DNA from: Myxococcales bacterium
Lineage (GTDB): Bacteria > Myxococcota_A > UBA9042
NCBI GenBank assembly: GCA_947491025.1
Contig: CANLIC010000003.1
Location: 114,005-178,004, forward strand
Reading direction: 5' to 3'
DNA length: 64,000 nt
Position 1 is the stretch's first letter. Each line of letters starts with the position of its first letter. Shown piece by piece: positions 1 to 13,684 of this stretch. Made by a program: the position numbers and the translations under genes. The notes under the pieces are model-generated. The model saw only the letters and a program-made list of their open reading frames with translations, did not search any database and was not told where the DNA came from.

Positions 1-1
1 C

Positions 2-610
2 TTCGACGTCGCCTGGGACGTCGCAGTCGCGGCCGAAGGCGGCTTTGTCGTCCTCGGCGACACCGCGCCCGGAGGCGAAGGCCCACACACCTGGCTAGTG
101 CGCCTCGACGACAATGGCGCTGTCACCTGGCAGCGCACCTACTTTCAAGACGGCGAAGACAGCGGTTGGGGCCTCGCCATCCACACCGATCCTGCGCTGC
201 AGATCACCGGCATCGTCGTCGCCGGTCAGCGCAAGCCCAAGGGCGCCGCAGCCGCCGAGGGTTGGCTCATGCGGGCTGATGCCACCGGCAACATTGTGTG
301 GCAACAGTCCTTTCCCGCATCTGGTGGCGCCACCGCCTTCGACGTCGCGGTCAGCCAAGGGGGCCAGGTCGTGGTCGGCCGTGCGGTCCCCAAGCAAGGC
401 AAGGCCAAGGCGACGATGTGGCACGGCGACGGCAAGGGCGGCCTCGACTGGACCGCCTCGCCGCCGACGCCGGCCGACGTCGAGAGCGAGGCCAGCGCCG
501 CGCTGGTCCACAACGACGGCCTCGGCCTCGCCGGGCGCGTCGGTGTCGGCAAGGCCGCTGACGCCCTCGTGGTGCGGCTCGGGCTCAAGGGCGAGCCGTC
601 ATGTCCCTAG
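2..610 (+). CDS. Partial (5'-truncated) secreted-type protein with beta-propeller-like repeats
   Basis: The frame is open from the window edge (FDVAWDVAVAAEGGFVVLG...). It repeats 'WLVRLDDNGAVTWQ' / 'WLMRADATGNIVWQ' blade-like units and stops with TAG at 608-610. Confidence 0.6.
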   Translation, partial: FDVAWDVAVAAEGGFVVLGDTAPGGEGPHTWLVRLDDNGAVTWQRTYFQDGEDSGWGLAIHTDPALQITGIVVAGQRKPKGAAAAEGWLMRADATGNIVWQQSFPASGGATAFDVAVSQGGQVVVGRAVPKQGKAKATMWHGDGKGGLDWTASPPTPADVESEASAALVHNDGLGLAGRVGVGKAADALVVRLGLKGEPSCP

Positions 611-782
611 GACGCCCCAGCCCGCACGCCCGCTGCGCTGCTGCCGCTGGCGCATCCGCCGATGCCGCCGGGCCCGCTTGCGCCGATGCCCGTGCGCTTG
701 GCCGCAGCTTCTCTCCGCGAGCGGTCGCCCTCGCACCGCCGCTCCAAACCGGATTGCGCCGCCCAGAAGGGCACGGAAGGTC

Positions 783-3263
783 ATGATGTTCGCATCCAGG
801 CAGCCCAATTCCGGCTCTTTGCAGCACCCAGCCAACGTTGCGACCGGCACCCTAGGCCGCTCTAGCGCTGCCGGAGCCCTGAGGCGGCCATTGCCCGGCT
901 CCGCTGGCGTTGTCGCGCTGCTCGGCGCAATTCTGGGCGCCGCCGGGCCCGCCCATGCCGCCGCCGCCGCTCCACCGCCCACGACACCACCCGCCGCGGC
1001 GGCCCCTGCGGCGCCAGAGGCGAAGGCCAAAGCGACCCCCGAGCCGGAGCTGTCAGCCGAGGACCGGGCGATCCGTGACCACCAGGAGCGTGAACGCGCC
1101 CGCCAGAACGATCCCAAGGTCCGCGCCGCGCTTGCCCGCAAGCAGGCCGACGAGGCCCGCGCCGCCGCTGCTGAGAAGGCCCGCGCCGAGAAGGAGCGCG
1201 TCGAAGCCGAACGCAAGCGTCGAGCCGAAGAGCGCGAGGCCATCGCCGCCGAGGAGCGCGCCCGCCGTGCAGACGAGGCCGCAGCCGCTGCCCAGCGCAA
1301 GCGCGCCGCCGATGAGCGCGCCGCCGCCGAGCGCGCTGCCCAAGACACCGAACGCAAGCGCGCCGCCGATGAGCGGGCCGCCGCCGCTGCCGCCGAACGC
1401 TCCAATTCGACCGAGTCGCAGGCCGCTGCCGCTGCCGAGCGCCGGCGCCAGGACGCCGAGCGCGCCGCCGCCGAAGAAGCGCAGCGGGCCCGCATTGCCG
1501 CCGCGGCCGCCGCCGCGGCCGCCGATCGCAAGCGCGCCGCTGATGAGCGGGCAGCTGCCGCCGCAGCCGAGGCAGAGCGCAGTCGCCAGGAGGAGGCGCG
1601 CAAGCGCGCCGAGGCAGAGCGCGTCGCCACCGAAGAGCGCTCCAAGGCCGCGGCAGAGAAGGCCGCGGCAGAGAAAGCCGCAGAAGAGGCCCAGGCGCGG
1701 GCCCTGGCGGAGCGTGCCGCCGCCGAGAAGGCCGCGGCAGAGGCCAAGGCCGCCGCCGAAAAGGCCGCAGCAGAGGCCAAGGCCCGGGCCGCCGCTGACC
1801 GCGCTGCTGCCGAGAAGGCCGCGGCAGACGCCAAGGCGGCAGCTGCCAAGGCAGCAGAAGACGCCAAGGCTGCGGCGGCGCGTGCAGCAGATGATGCCAG
1901 GGCCCGCGCCGCCGCCGAGAAAGCCGCCGCCGATGCTGCCGCCTCGAAGGCCGCCGCCGACCGGGCCGCCGCCGAGGCCAAGTCCCAACAGGACGCGTTG
2001 CAAGCCGATCTCGCGACAGCGCGCCAGCTGGCGACCAGCGGCGCGTTCGCGGCCTTGTTGGTGCGCCGCCAGGGTACCGCCGTCGCCCGTGATGCCGAGA
2101 CCGAGCTGCAGCGCGCGGTGCTGCGCGAGGCCGCGACCTGGCTGACGGCAGGCGCGCCAGCGGCCTCAGAGGCGCTCATCGACCTGCCGCTCGCCAAGGC
2201 GCCTGCATCGCTTCGCGATGATCTCGCGGCCCTGCGCGGCAATGGCTGGCGCGCGCTGGCGCCCAAGGCCGTCGTGGTGGAGTGGACGCTGCGCAACCCG
2301 ACGGGCAGGCCGATGATGGCCCACCTCGAGCTCGCCGGGCAGCGCCAACATGTGCTCGTGCCCGCCAACGCGCCGTTGCAAGGACGGAGCGAGTTCCCGT
2401 GCCTCGCCGGCGGCGAGCCCGCCAAGGGCGTGCGGGATGGCGTGCTCGAGTACCGCTACAGTTGCACCGGCATCGGCCCGCTCAGCCTGCGCGGCGCCCA
2501 CCCGGCTGAGATCGAGCTCGCCGCCAACCGCAAGGCGGCCGATGCCGGGATGGGCCTGGATGCGGCTGCGGCGCTGCTGCAGGCGATGCCGACGTCTTGG
2601 CTCGCTGAGACGTGGGCCGATCGCATCGACGACGCCATGGCCGCTTTCGCCAATGGCGTTCAAGCCATCCGCGCCACCGCCCGCCCAGGCAAGGCGATCG
2701 CCGGTGGTGGCACACCTGTCGACGTCAGCCTGAGCAACGGCGCGCGCTTCGACGCGACGGTCTTCTACACCATCGGCACCGGCCGTGTGGAGCGCCTGCT
2801 GGTCGAGCGCGGGCAATCCGCCGCGATCAAGCTGGTTACGATGCCGGGTCAGCGGCCTGTCCTCGACTTGCTCCGCCTGATGCCCCGGCTGCGCTCGGCC
2901 GAATGGCTCTTTGGCGCGTGGCGCTCGCTTCGCGCAACCGTCGCCATCGTGCCAGGCAAGGCGGGCCCGCTGGCCCTGCTGCTCGCCAAGGACGCACAAG
3001 GACTGCCGCGCATGGTCTCGGTGCCCTTGGTCGTCGAGGGCGATCGTTTTCGGTTCGCCGCCGCGGTGGGTGCCGATTTTGCCGGACGTCTGCTCGGCGA
3101 CACCGACAGCCTGCCGCTGCAATGCGACGAGGCCTGCGAGATCCGGGTGTCCGGTAGCCTGACCCGCCAGGATTTGTTCGAGAGCGACGGACGGCGCGGT
3201 CTGCTCATCGACGTCGAGGTCGGCAATCGCCGCAAGGCGCTCCAGCTTCAGGCGCGCTACTGA
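783..3263 (+). CDS. Secreted protein with long Ala/Glu/Lys/Arg coiled coil (TolA-like low complexity) and unknown C-terminal domain
   Basis: A hydrophobic signal-like segment (VVALLGAILGAAGPAHA) is followed by about 320 aa of AAEKAAAEAKA-type helical repeats, then a globular region. The start is uncertain; ATG 783 was chosen over ORF start 114. Confidence 0.6.
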   Translation: MMFASRQPNSGSLQHPANVATGTLGRSSAAGALRRPLPGSAGVVALLGAILGAAGPAHAAAAAPPPTTPPAAAAPAAPEAKAKATPEPELSAEDRAIRDHQERERARQNDPKVRAALARKQADEARAAAAEKARAEKERVEAERKRRAEEREAIAAEERARRADEAAAAAQRKRAADERAAAERAAQDTERKRAADERAAAAAAERSNSTESQAAAAAERRRQDAERAAAEEAQRARIAAAAAAAAADRKRAADERAAAAAAEAERSRQEEARKRAEAERVATEERSKAAAEKAAAEKAAEEAQARALAERAAAEKAAAEAKAAAEKAAAEAKARAAADRAAAEKAAADAKAAAAKAAEDAKAAAARAADDARARAAAEKAAADAAASKAAADRAAAEAKSQQDALQADLATARQLATSGAFAALLVRRQGTAVARDAETELQRAVLREAATWLTAGAPAASEALIDLPLAKAPASLRDDLAALRGNGWRALAPKAVVVEWTLRNPTGRPMMAHLELAGQRQHVLVPANAPLQGRSEFPCLAGGEPAKGVRDGVLEYRYSCTGIGPLSLRGAHPAEIELAANRKAADAGMGLDAAAALLQAMPTSWLAETWADRIDDAMAAFANGVQAIRATARPGKAIAGGGTPVDVSLSNGARFDATVFYTIGTGRVERLLVERGQSAAIKLVTMPGQRPVLDLLRLMPRLRSAEWLFGAWRSLRATVAIVPGKAGPLALLLAKDAQGLPRMVSVPLVVEGDRFRFAAAVGADFAGRLLGDTDSLPLQCDEACEIRVSGSLTRQDLFESDGRRGLLIDVEVGNRRKALQLQARY

Positions 3264-3303
3264 GCCTTGGTCTCGCGCCTGCTGGCGGCTTGTGGACGTC
3301 GGG

Positions 3304-5337
3304 CTAAGGCGCCTCTGGGCCGACCAGCGTGCGCTGTTGCTCGGCCCACTCGGCTAGAAATGCCAGCCGATACCCGAGATCGCCAATGGCTGCGCCGCGC
3401 GCGGCCTGAGCCGGACTGCTCCCAGCGAACCCAGCGCGCCGCTCGATCTCGGCGGCAGCCATCGCGCCGTCGAAGTCGGGCAGTCCGGGCAGTCCAGCCC
3501 GGAGCCTGGTGCAGAGGGCGTCGATGCGTGCCCGGTCGCTCATCCACGTGTGCATCGGCACCGAGAACCCCTGCTTGCGCTTCATCCGCGCCTCAGGGGG
3601 CAGCAGGCGAGCCAACAGGCCGCGCAAGATCTGCTTGGTCTGCAGGGGCGTGACGCGATCGCTGGCAGCGATCTGCCAGCATGCATTGGTGAAGTCGACG
3701 TCCAACAGCGGCGCCCGCGCTTCGACGGCGTGCGCCATCGTCGCCACGTCCATCTTCATCGTCAGGTCTTCGGGCAGATAGAGTCGGAATTCGACCGCAA
3801 GGCAACGGTCGAGCTCGGTGGCAGCTGAAAACGCCTCGAAGGTGCGGGTCTGAAGCGCTGAGAAGCCCTCGGTGCGCAGCGTCGGGCGCAGCTCGGCGGC
3901 AAACCACGAATGCAGGTCTCGCACGCCCTCTGACTCGGCCACGAGCGACATCGCCCCCGGCGCCAGCAGGCGGTGGGCGCGAAATGTCGACGCCTGCAGA
4001 CGCCCGGTTGGCCGAAACCGGCGCGAAAGACCCATCGGCAGGGCGCGCTCGAGGGCAGCGGCGGCGTGCAAGAGGCTCGCGGGAGCCCCAGCGGGGACGG
4101 GCAGCATGGGGACGCCGGCACGGTCGTGCAGCCAGTGGCGCACGGCGAAGAGTTGGGTACGCCGGTAGCCGCCTTGCACCTCGTCGCCGCCGTCGCCGGT
4201 CAGCACCACCCGGTGCTCACGCCCGGCGCGCTCGGCGATCCGCCAGCTTGGCAACGCGCTGGAGTCGCCGAACGGCTCGCCGTGGTGGCGAACCAACCGG
4301 GGAAGCAGGTCGAGCCCGCCGGCGTCGACGTCGATGATCTCATGCCGCACGCCAGTGGCGCGGGCGACCAGCCGCGCGATCGCCAACTCGTCTTCCTGGC
4401 CGTCGCCTGTGCGCACCGTGTAGGCCGTAATGCCCGGATGAGAGCGGGCGGCCAGAGCAGTCACCAGGCTGGAGTCGATGCCACCGGATAGAAACGTCGC
4501 GACCGGCACATCGCTGCGCAGGCGCCGCTCCACCGCCCGCGCCAGCAGCCGCTCCAGCTCGTCGAGCGTGGTCGGGCTGAGCCTTCGCCCTGGGGTCGCG
4601 AACGGCGGCGGGGGCGGCGCAATGCGGCGCAGGCCATGCGCATCGATGCGAAGCGTCTCCCCCGCCTCCAGCTTGGCCACCTGGCGCCAGATGGTGCGCG
4701 GCGCCGCGATGTAGCCAGCGGCCAGGTGATGCTCGACCGCCACCGGATCGGCGTCGAGGCGGATGCCTTTGGCGCGCAACCAGCCCGCGAGGGGCCACAG
4801 CGACGAAGCAAACACCAGCTGACCGCCGCCCTGAGCGCTCGCCGAAGCGAGGCTGCCGACCGATCGCCAGAGGTAGAGCGGTTTCTTGCCGATCGGGTCG
4901 CGGGCGAGCCAGAGGGCCCGGGCGGAGGCTTCGTAGTAGGCAAAGGCGAACATGCCGCGCAGCTTCGGCAGCGTCCGCTCGGGCCCGAACACCCGCAGCG
5001 CCCGCAGCAACACCTCGGAGTCGCCCGTCGAGCGAAAGCTGTGCCCGAGGGCCTGTAGCTCGGTCCGCAGCTCCACGTAGTTGTAGATCTCGCCGTTGAA
5101 GGTCAGCGCCGAGCCGTCGGCGTCGACCATCGGTTGGGCCCCGGTCGGCGCCAGGTCCAGAATCGCGAGCCGCCGCTGGCTGAGAATGACGCCCGGCGTC
5201 GTCCACTGGCCTTCGCCGTCGGGGCCTCGGTGACGCATGCCGTCGCGCAGGGCCGCCGCCAGGGCGAGGTCCTCGTCGCCGAAGGGTACGCCCGCCGCCA
5301 GGCGGTCAAAGTCGACGATGCCACTGATGCCACACAT
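3304..5337 (-). CDS. asnB: Asparagine synthase (glutamine-hydrolysing) family amidotransferase
   Basis: N-terminal MCGI, HRGPD, RRLAILDL, FNGEIYNY, ARDPIGKKPLY, LSGGIDSS, TGDGGDE and KQGFSVP motifs. Confidence 0.93.
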   Translation of the reverse strand: MCGISGIVDFDRLAAGVPFGDEDLALAAALRDGMRHRGPDGEGQWTTPGVILSQRRLAILDLAPTGAQPMVDADGSALTFNGEIYNYVELRTELQALGHSFRSTGDSEVLLRALRVFGPERTLPKLRGMFAFAYYEASARALWLARDPIGKKPLYLWRSVGSLASASAQGGGQLVFASSLWPLAGWLRAKGIRLDADPVAVEHHLAAGYIAAPRTIWRQVAKLEAGETLRIDAHGLRRIAPPPPPFATPGRRLSPTTLDELERLLARAVERRLRSDVPVATFLSGGIDSSLVTALAARSHPGITAYTVRTGDGQEDELAIARLVARATGVRHEIIDVDAGGLDLLPRLVRHHGEPFGDSSALPSWRIAERAGREHRVVLTGDGGDEVQGGYRRTQLFAVRHWLHDRAGVPMLPVPAGAPASLLHAAAALERALPMGLSRRFRPTGRLQASTFRAHRLLAPGAMSLVAESEGVRDLHSWFAAELRPTLRTEGFSALQTRTFEAFSAATELDRCLAVEFRLYLPEDLTMKMDVATMAHAVEARAPLLDVDFTNACWQIAASDRVTPLQTKQILRGLLARLLPPEARMKRKQGFSVPMHTWMSDRARIDALCTRLRAGLPGLPDFDGAMAAAEIERRAGFAGSSPAQAARGAAIGDLGYRLAFLAEWAEQQRTLVGPEAP

Positions 5338-5504
5338 GTCGTCAGGGCTCCGTCGGGCAGCGCACCCGGATCCACGCCGCCGGCCGACCCTAGCAATGCG
5401 GCCGCGCGAGCGGTAGGGGTGCAGATTGCAGCCGCTTGGATCAACGGCGTGGCGACCAGCGGGCCCCCTTCACAGGGCCGCGGCGCCCGCGCTACGTTGC
5501 GTTC

Positions 5505-6867
5505 ATGGCGAGCGCCCCGACAATCCTCATCGTCACCTGCTACTACCCGCCCTCACGCGCGATCGGCGCCAAACGACCGCTGCGGATGGCCCGTGGCCTG
5601 CGCGACCTCGGCTGGCAGGTCAGCGTCCTCACCACCAGCCCGTCGCTGCAGGGCGCGCTGGACCAAGAAGAGCCCAGCGATCCCGGCATTGAGCTCGTGC
5701 GCTCTGCCGCCTTTATGCCCAGAATCTCCCTGCGCTCGCGTGCCGAGCGAGCCCAGGGGCCCAGCGCAGGTGCCATACCGCCGGCCGATCGCGCGCCACC
5801 CGGAACCGCCCCACACGTCGCTGAACAAGAGCCCGCCGGCGCCAGAGACCCAGTGCCTTGGCGCGCGCTGGCCGGCCCGCCGCGCCGCCTCGTCTCCGCG
5901 GCGCTGTCGGCGTTGGAATTTCCCGACGCCTTCATCGGCTGGCTGCCCTTCGCCGTCGCGGCCATGCGTGGTCGCCGCTTCGACGTCGTGCTGGCGACCC
6001 TGCCGCCCCGCAGCGTCGCCCTGGTCGGCGCGGCCGTGGCGAAGGTGACCGGCGCTCGGCTCGTCCTCGACTACCGCGACCCATGGTCCGAGCTGCTGAC
6101 CGCCGACGGCAGCTACGGGGAGCCTCGCGCGGTGCCCGCCTGGGAGCGTGCCCTGCACCGTCAGACCGAAGACGCCACCTTGCGGCAGGCCGCTTTGACC
6201 CTGACGGTGACGCCGACCATCCAACGCTGGCTCTCCAAGCGCACCTCCGGCGAGGTCGTCCTGCTGCCGAACGGGCTCGACGCCATGCCGCCACAGCCGC
6301 CGCCCTCGCGCACGTCGCCGCTGCGCCTCGTCTACGCTGGCTCGCTGGCCTACGAGCGAAGCCTCGAGCCGCTGCTGCAATCGATGGCGGACTTGCGCCC
6401 GAGGTGGGACGCCACGCGCCTTCGGCTCGTCTACGCCGGACCCCACGGGGCTGACCTCCTCCGCGCCGCTGCCGCCTTCGGCGTGGCCGACGCGGTCGAT
6501 GACATGGGCGCGCTCCCCTCGGCGCAGGCCCGTGCGCTCTACGTCGGTGCAGCGGCCGGGGTCGTCTCGGTCTCCGCCCGCACGTCCTACAGCTATCCCG
6601 GCAAGCTCTTTGAGATCTTGGCCGCCGGCTGCCCGATCTGGCTCGGCGGCCCAAGCGACTGCGACGCTGCGGTTCTGGTGCGACAGCTCGGCGCCGGCAC
6701 CTGCGACGACGGCAGCGATCGCGCGGCCGCTGCCGCCCGCTTGCACGCCCTGCTGGAGGCCGAGCCGGCGCCGCTCTCGCCCGCGGGACTCGCGGAGTGG
6801 CAGGCGGGCCGGCAAGTCGCCACACTCGACGCCTTGTTGACCCGGGTCGCCGGTCGGAGCTCCGCAG

Positions 6868-6875
<8 letters not shown>
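5505..6875 (+). CDS. Glycosyltransferase, GT4-like
   Basis: ILIVTCYYPP start, LDYRDPW, LPNGLD, LVYAGSL and YPGKLFE motifs. ATG at 5505. Confidence 0.8.
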
Positions 6876-10668
<3,793 letters not shown>

Positions 10669-10777
10669 GCCAACAAACCGGCAGCGCCACAGGCCAGAGG
10701 CCAAGCGCCGCCGATCCGCTCGAAGCGCCGGCCGGACCCTGCGGCCAGGCCCGCCGGACCACGCGGGGAGCCAAGCC

Positions 10778-11488
10778 ATGTCCAACGCCGCCGCCCCGTA
10801 CGACGCCCTCGTCAACGCCACCCAGCGCGACGCAGGGGTTCAGACCGACGCCGTGCAGGTTGCCCGCACGGCCCTGGTCGCGCACACCGGCCCTGTCGGT
10901 GCCCGCCACGGCTGGCTGGTCCTCCACGGCATCCTGCAGCGGGCGGCAGAATTCGTCAGGCCCTGGACGCGCATCGATGGACGGGACGGACGGCGCGTGC
11001 TGGCCCCGGAAGGCCTCTCTCGCATCATCACCGACTTCGAGACCGACGCCACGGGCGCATGCTGGACCACGGTTCCGGACCGCGAGATCGAAATGCACGA
11101 CGCCTTCGCCTGGCTCGACCTCTGCTGGCAGCGGCTGGATGCCGAAGCCGGCGACGGCGCCCGCGTGCTGGTTGGCTTCTCGCAGGGGTCGATCGTGGCC
11201 GCGCGCTGGGCCGTGGCGCGGGGGCACGTCTGGGACGCCGTCGTGCTCTGGGGCGGCGTGGTACCGAGCGATGTCGACCCCGCAGCGCTCGCCGCCTGCA
11301 GCCGCGACGGCGCGGTGCACATTGTGGTCGGCAGCCGCGACTCTCTGGCCGACGATGAGCGCCGCGCCAAGCAGCAAGCGCGACTTGCAGCCGCTGGCGT
11401 CCGGCTGGAGCTCGTGACGTTTGAGGGTGGGCATAGGCTCGACGACGCCACCCTGAGCGCCCTGGCTGACACGCTCGAGGCGCGATGA
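10778..11488 (+). CDS. Alpha/beta hydrolase (phospholipase/carboxylesterase family)
   Basis: LHG, APEGLSR, GFSQG nucleophile elbow, GSRD and FEGGH. GGGGAG RBS before ATG 10778. Confidence 0.8.
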   Translation: MSNAAAPYDALVNATQRDAGVQTDAVQVARTALVAHTGPVGARHGWLVLHGILQRAAEFVRPWTRIDGRDGRRVLAPEGLSRIITDFETDATGACWTTVPDREIEMHDAFAWLDLCWQRLDAEAGDGARVLVGFSQGSIVAARWAVARGHVWDAVVLWGGVVPSDVDPAALAACSRDGAVHIVVGSRDSLADDERRAKQQARLAAAGVRLELVTFEGGHRLDDATLSALADTLEAR

Positions 11489-12510
11489 GCGCTGCGCAGG
11501 TGCGTCGGCTGCTGGGCCTTCTCGCGATGGCGCTGCTCTGCGCAGCGACCGCCTGTAGCGAGGCGCCCGCAGCGGGGCAGGGCAGCGGCGTCTCGGCGTC
11601 CGGTGGCGACGGGCAGGGGAGCGATGGGCTCGGAGGCGACAGCGATGCCAAAGATGCACTCGGCAGCGACGCCGTAGATGCGGATGCTCCCAGACCTGGC
11701 ACCGATGCCGCCAGCGCGTCCGACGCCGTCGCGCCCGACAGCGGCCCAAGCGACACGGCCCCACCTTCCGACGCCTCGACCGCCGACGGCGTTGCCCCGC
11801 CTGCCGACGCCGCAGCCGACGGCGATGCCGCCGACGACGCCCTGGCCTCGGCGGACCTTGAGGGCGGCGACGCCTTCGATGGAGCCGGCGACGGCACCAG
11901 CCTCGACACAGGCGAAGAGCCCCCCTGCCAGAGCGCGCTGACCTCGATCGCTGACATCCCGCTGGAGGCGGTCAAGGTCGACTTCGAGACCTGCAGTGAC
12001 TGCCTCTGCTGCCTCCCCGGCGGCCTCTATCCGGCCGAGATACCCCTTGATTGCCTGATGTGCGGACCCGCAGGCGCCCTGCAGAAAGCCGGCGCGGTGC
12101 TCACGGGCGGAATGTTGACCACGCTGGTCGGCTGCGTCGAGGGCAACAAGGGCGCCCCGCTGGCCAACCGCGCGACCTTCATCGGCTCTGCTTACACCAC
12201 CCCGAGTGGCTCCGCGGGCCTGCAGCTCGTGTTGCAGCCGCCGGCGACGATGTTCGGCTTCTCCGCCGTGCCCACCAGCTCCGATGCCAAGCCCGTCGTC
12301 ATCCTGCGCGGCTACGACGCCAACGATCAGCTCGTAGCCCAGGACGCATTCGACTTCTACCAAGCGCCCGGCGGCAGCTGCGCGACCCTCAACCCAGCGG
12401 CGCAGTTCTTCGGCTTCCGCCCCTGCTTCGGCGCCAAGCTGCACAAGGTCATCGTTGAGGTCAGCGACGCCAACGTCGCCATCGACGAGGTCCGAATCTA
12501 CCGGCCCTAG
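11485..12510 (+). CDS. Putative lipoprotein with acidic linker and Cys-containing beta domain
   Basis: Lipobox-like ATAC, an Asp/Ala-rich linker and a globular C-terminus. ATGA overlap with the upstream gene. Confidence 0.6.
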   Translation: MSAAQVRRLLGLLAMALLCAATACSEAPAAGQGSGVSASGGDGQGSDGLGGDSDAKDALGSDAVDADAPRPGTDAASASDAVAPDSGPSDTAPPSDASTADGVAPPADAAADGDAADDALASADLEGGDAFDGAGDGTSLDTGEEPPCQSALTSIADIPLEAVKVDFETCSDCLCCLPGGLYPAEIPLDCLMCGPAGALQKAGAVLTGGMLTTLVGCVEGNKGAPLANRATFIGSAYTTPSGSAGLQLVLQPPATMFGFSAVPTSSDAKPVVILRGYDANDQLVAQDAFDFYQAPGGSCATLNPAAQFFGFRPCFGAKLHKVIVEVSDANVAIDEVRIYRP

Positions 12511-12532
12511 GGTTCGGGCGCTGTCGACGTCT

Positions 12533-13684
12533 CTACAGCGACTTGGCGCAGCGAATGCCAATGGCGGCGTGCGCCTTGGTCTGCGGCCACAAGAAGCCGC
12601 GATGATCGCTTCGCCCCTCGCAGGCCGCGGTCTCCGGCACGCCCGAGCCGATGAAGAACGAGCCGCCTCGCACCACCCGCTCCCCCGTCTCCCAGAGGGA
12701 AGGCACGCCGATTGCGACCGGCAACTTCGCGCTCGGCACGGCCGCGCAGACCGGCGTTTCGCACGGCTTGTAGCAGTTGGGCTTGCTGCTGGCCGGGCCC
12801 TCCCCGCAGACACAGCCGAGGCACTGGGGCTGGCAGCCTGCCAAGGGCTTGCCGCTGTTGAGGCATTTGACGCAGTCGCCGCAGTCGTAGGGCTGCTGGC
12901 GGTCGCAGGTCACCTCTTCATCGCCGTCGGAGAGCGTCCACTCGTGGACGTTGCCGAACACGTCGAAGATCTTCTGTCCGCCCTCGAGCACGACGTCGGC
13001 GGTGCTCGTCATCGCGGCGCGCGGAATGTCGAACTTCGTGCAGCCGTAGAGGTTGACGTCCTCATTGCCGCATTTGCCGAGCTCGTCGCGCGGGCCGGCC
13101 GGCCCAAAGGGGTAGACGCGCTTGTTGGCGCTCGCCGTTGCCGGACCGCCCGCGACCCGCTCCCACTCGAACTCGGTCGGCAGCCGCTTGCCGACGAATG
13201 CGCAGTACTCGCGGGCTTGCAGCCAGCTGACATAGACCACCGGATGCGAGAAGAACTCCGGGTTGGCGACGGTGCCGCCGCCCGAGGCCAGCTTCGCCCA
13301 GTACTCTCGGATGTTGGAGGTCTCGTCGCCCTCGGGTTCGCTGCAGACGCCCATCTCGAAGCAATAGCGGTACTGCTCGAGTGTCACCTCGTGCACGTCG
13401 AAGGCGAACGCCTGGAGCTTCACCTGTTGCGCAGGGATGCCGAAGTTGTACGCGCCCGGCGACTCTTTGCACTGCTGATCGCTCGGCACCTGGCAGCCTT
13501 GCTGGCCGAGGCCGAACTGAAAGACCAGTCCTTCGCGCACCTCGACCATCGCCGTCACCGCCGGCGGGTCCTTGCCCTCGGCGCAGCCGGCGAGCGCTGC
13601 CACGGTCAGCAGCGCGCGGAGGGTCGACGCCAAGCGCGGCCAAGGCGCCGAGCGGCAAGGCATGGCTGCGGGGGCTCGCCTCAT
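12533..13684 (-). CDS. FGE-sulfatase (SUMF1/EgtB/PvdO) domain lipoprotein
   Basis: Lipobox LAGC; HEVT, HPVVYVSW, FVGKRLPTEFEWE, DVFGNVHEW, RVVRGGSF and IGIRC motifs. Confidence 0.85.
   Translation of the reverse strand: MRRAPAAMPCRSAPWPRLASTLRALLTVAALAGCAEGKDPPAVTAMVEVREGLVFQFGLGQQGCQVPSDQQCKESPGAYNFGIPAQQVKLQAFAFDVHEVTLEQYRYCFEMGVCSEPEGDETSNIREYWAKLASGGGTVANPEFFSHPVVYVSWLQAREYCAFVGKRLPTEFEWERVAGGPATASANKRVYPFGPAGPRDELGKCGNEDVNLYGCTKFDIPRAAMTSTADVVLEGGQKIFDVFGNVHEWTLSDGDEEVTCDRQQPYDCGDCVKCLNSGKPLAGCQPQCLGCVCGEGPASSKPNCYKPCETPVCAAVPSAKLPVAIGVPSLWETGERVVRGGSFFIGSGVPETAACEGRSDHRGFLWPQTKAHAAIGIRCAKSL

Noticed and set aside
114-782. N-terminal extension of the 1049-aa ORF
   Set aside because: It overlaps the upstream gene and reads as off-frame sequence; the real start is likely 783 or later.
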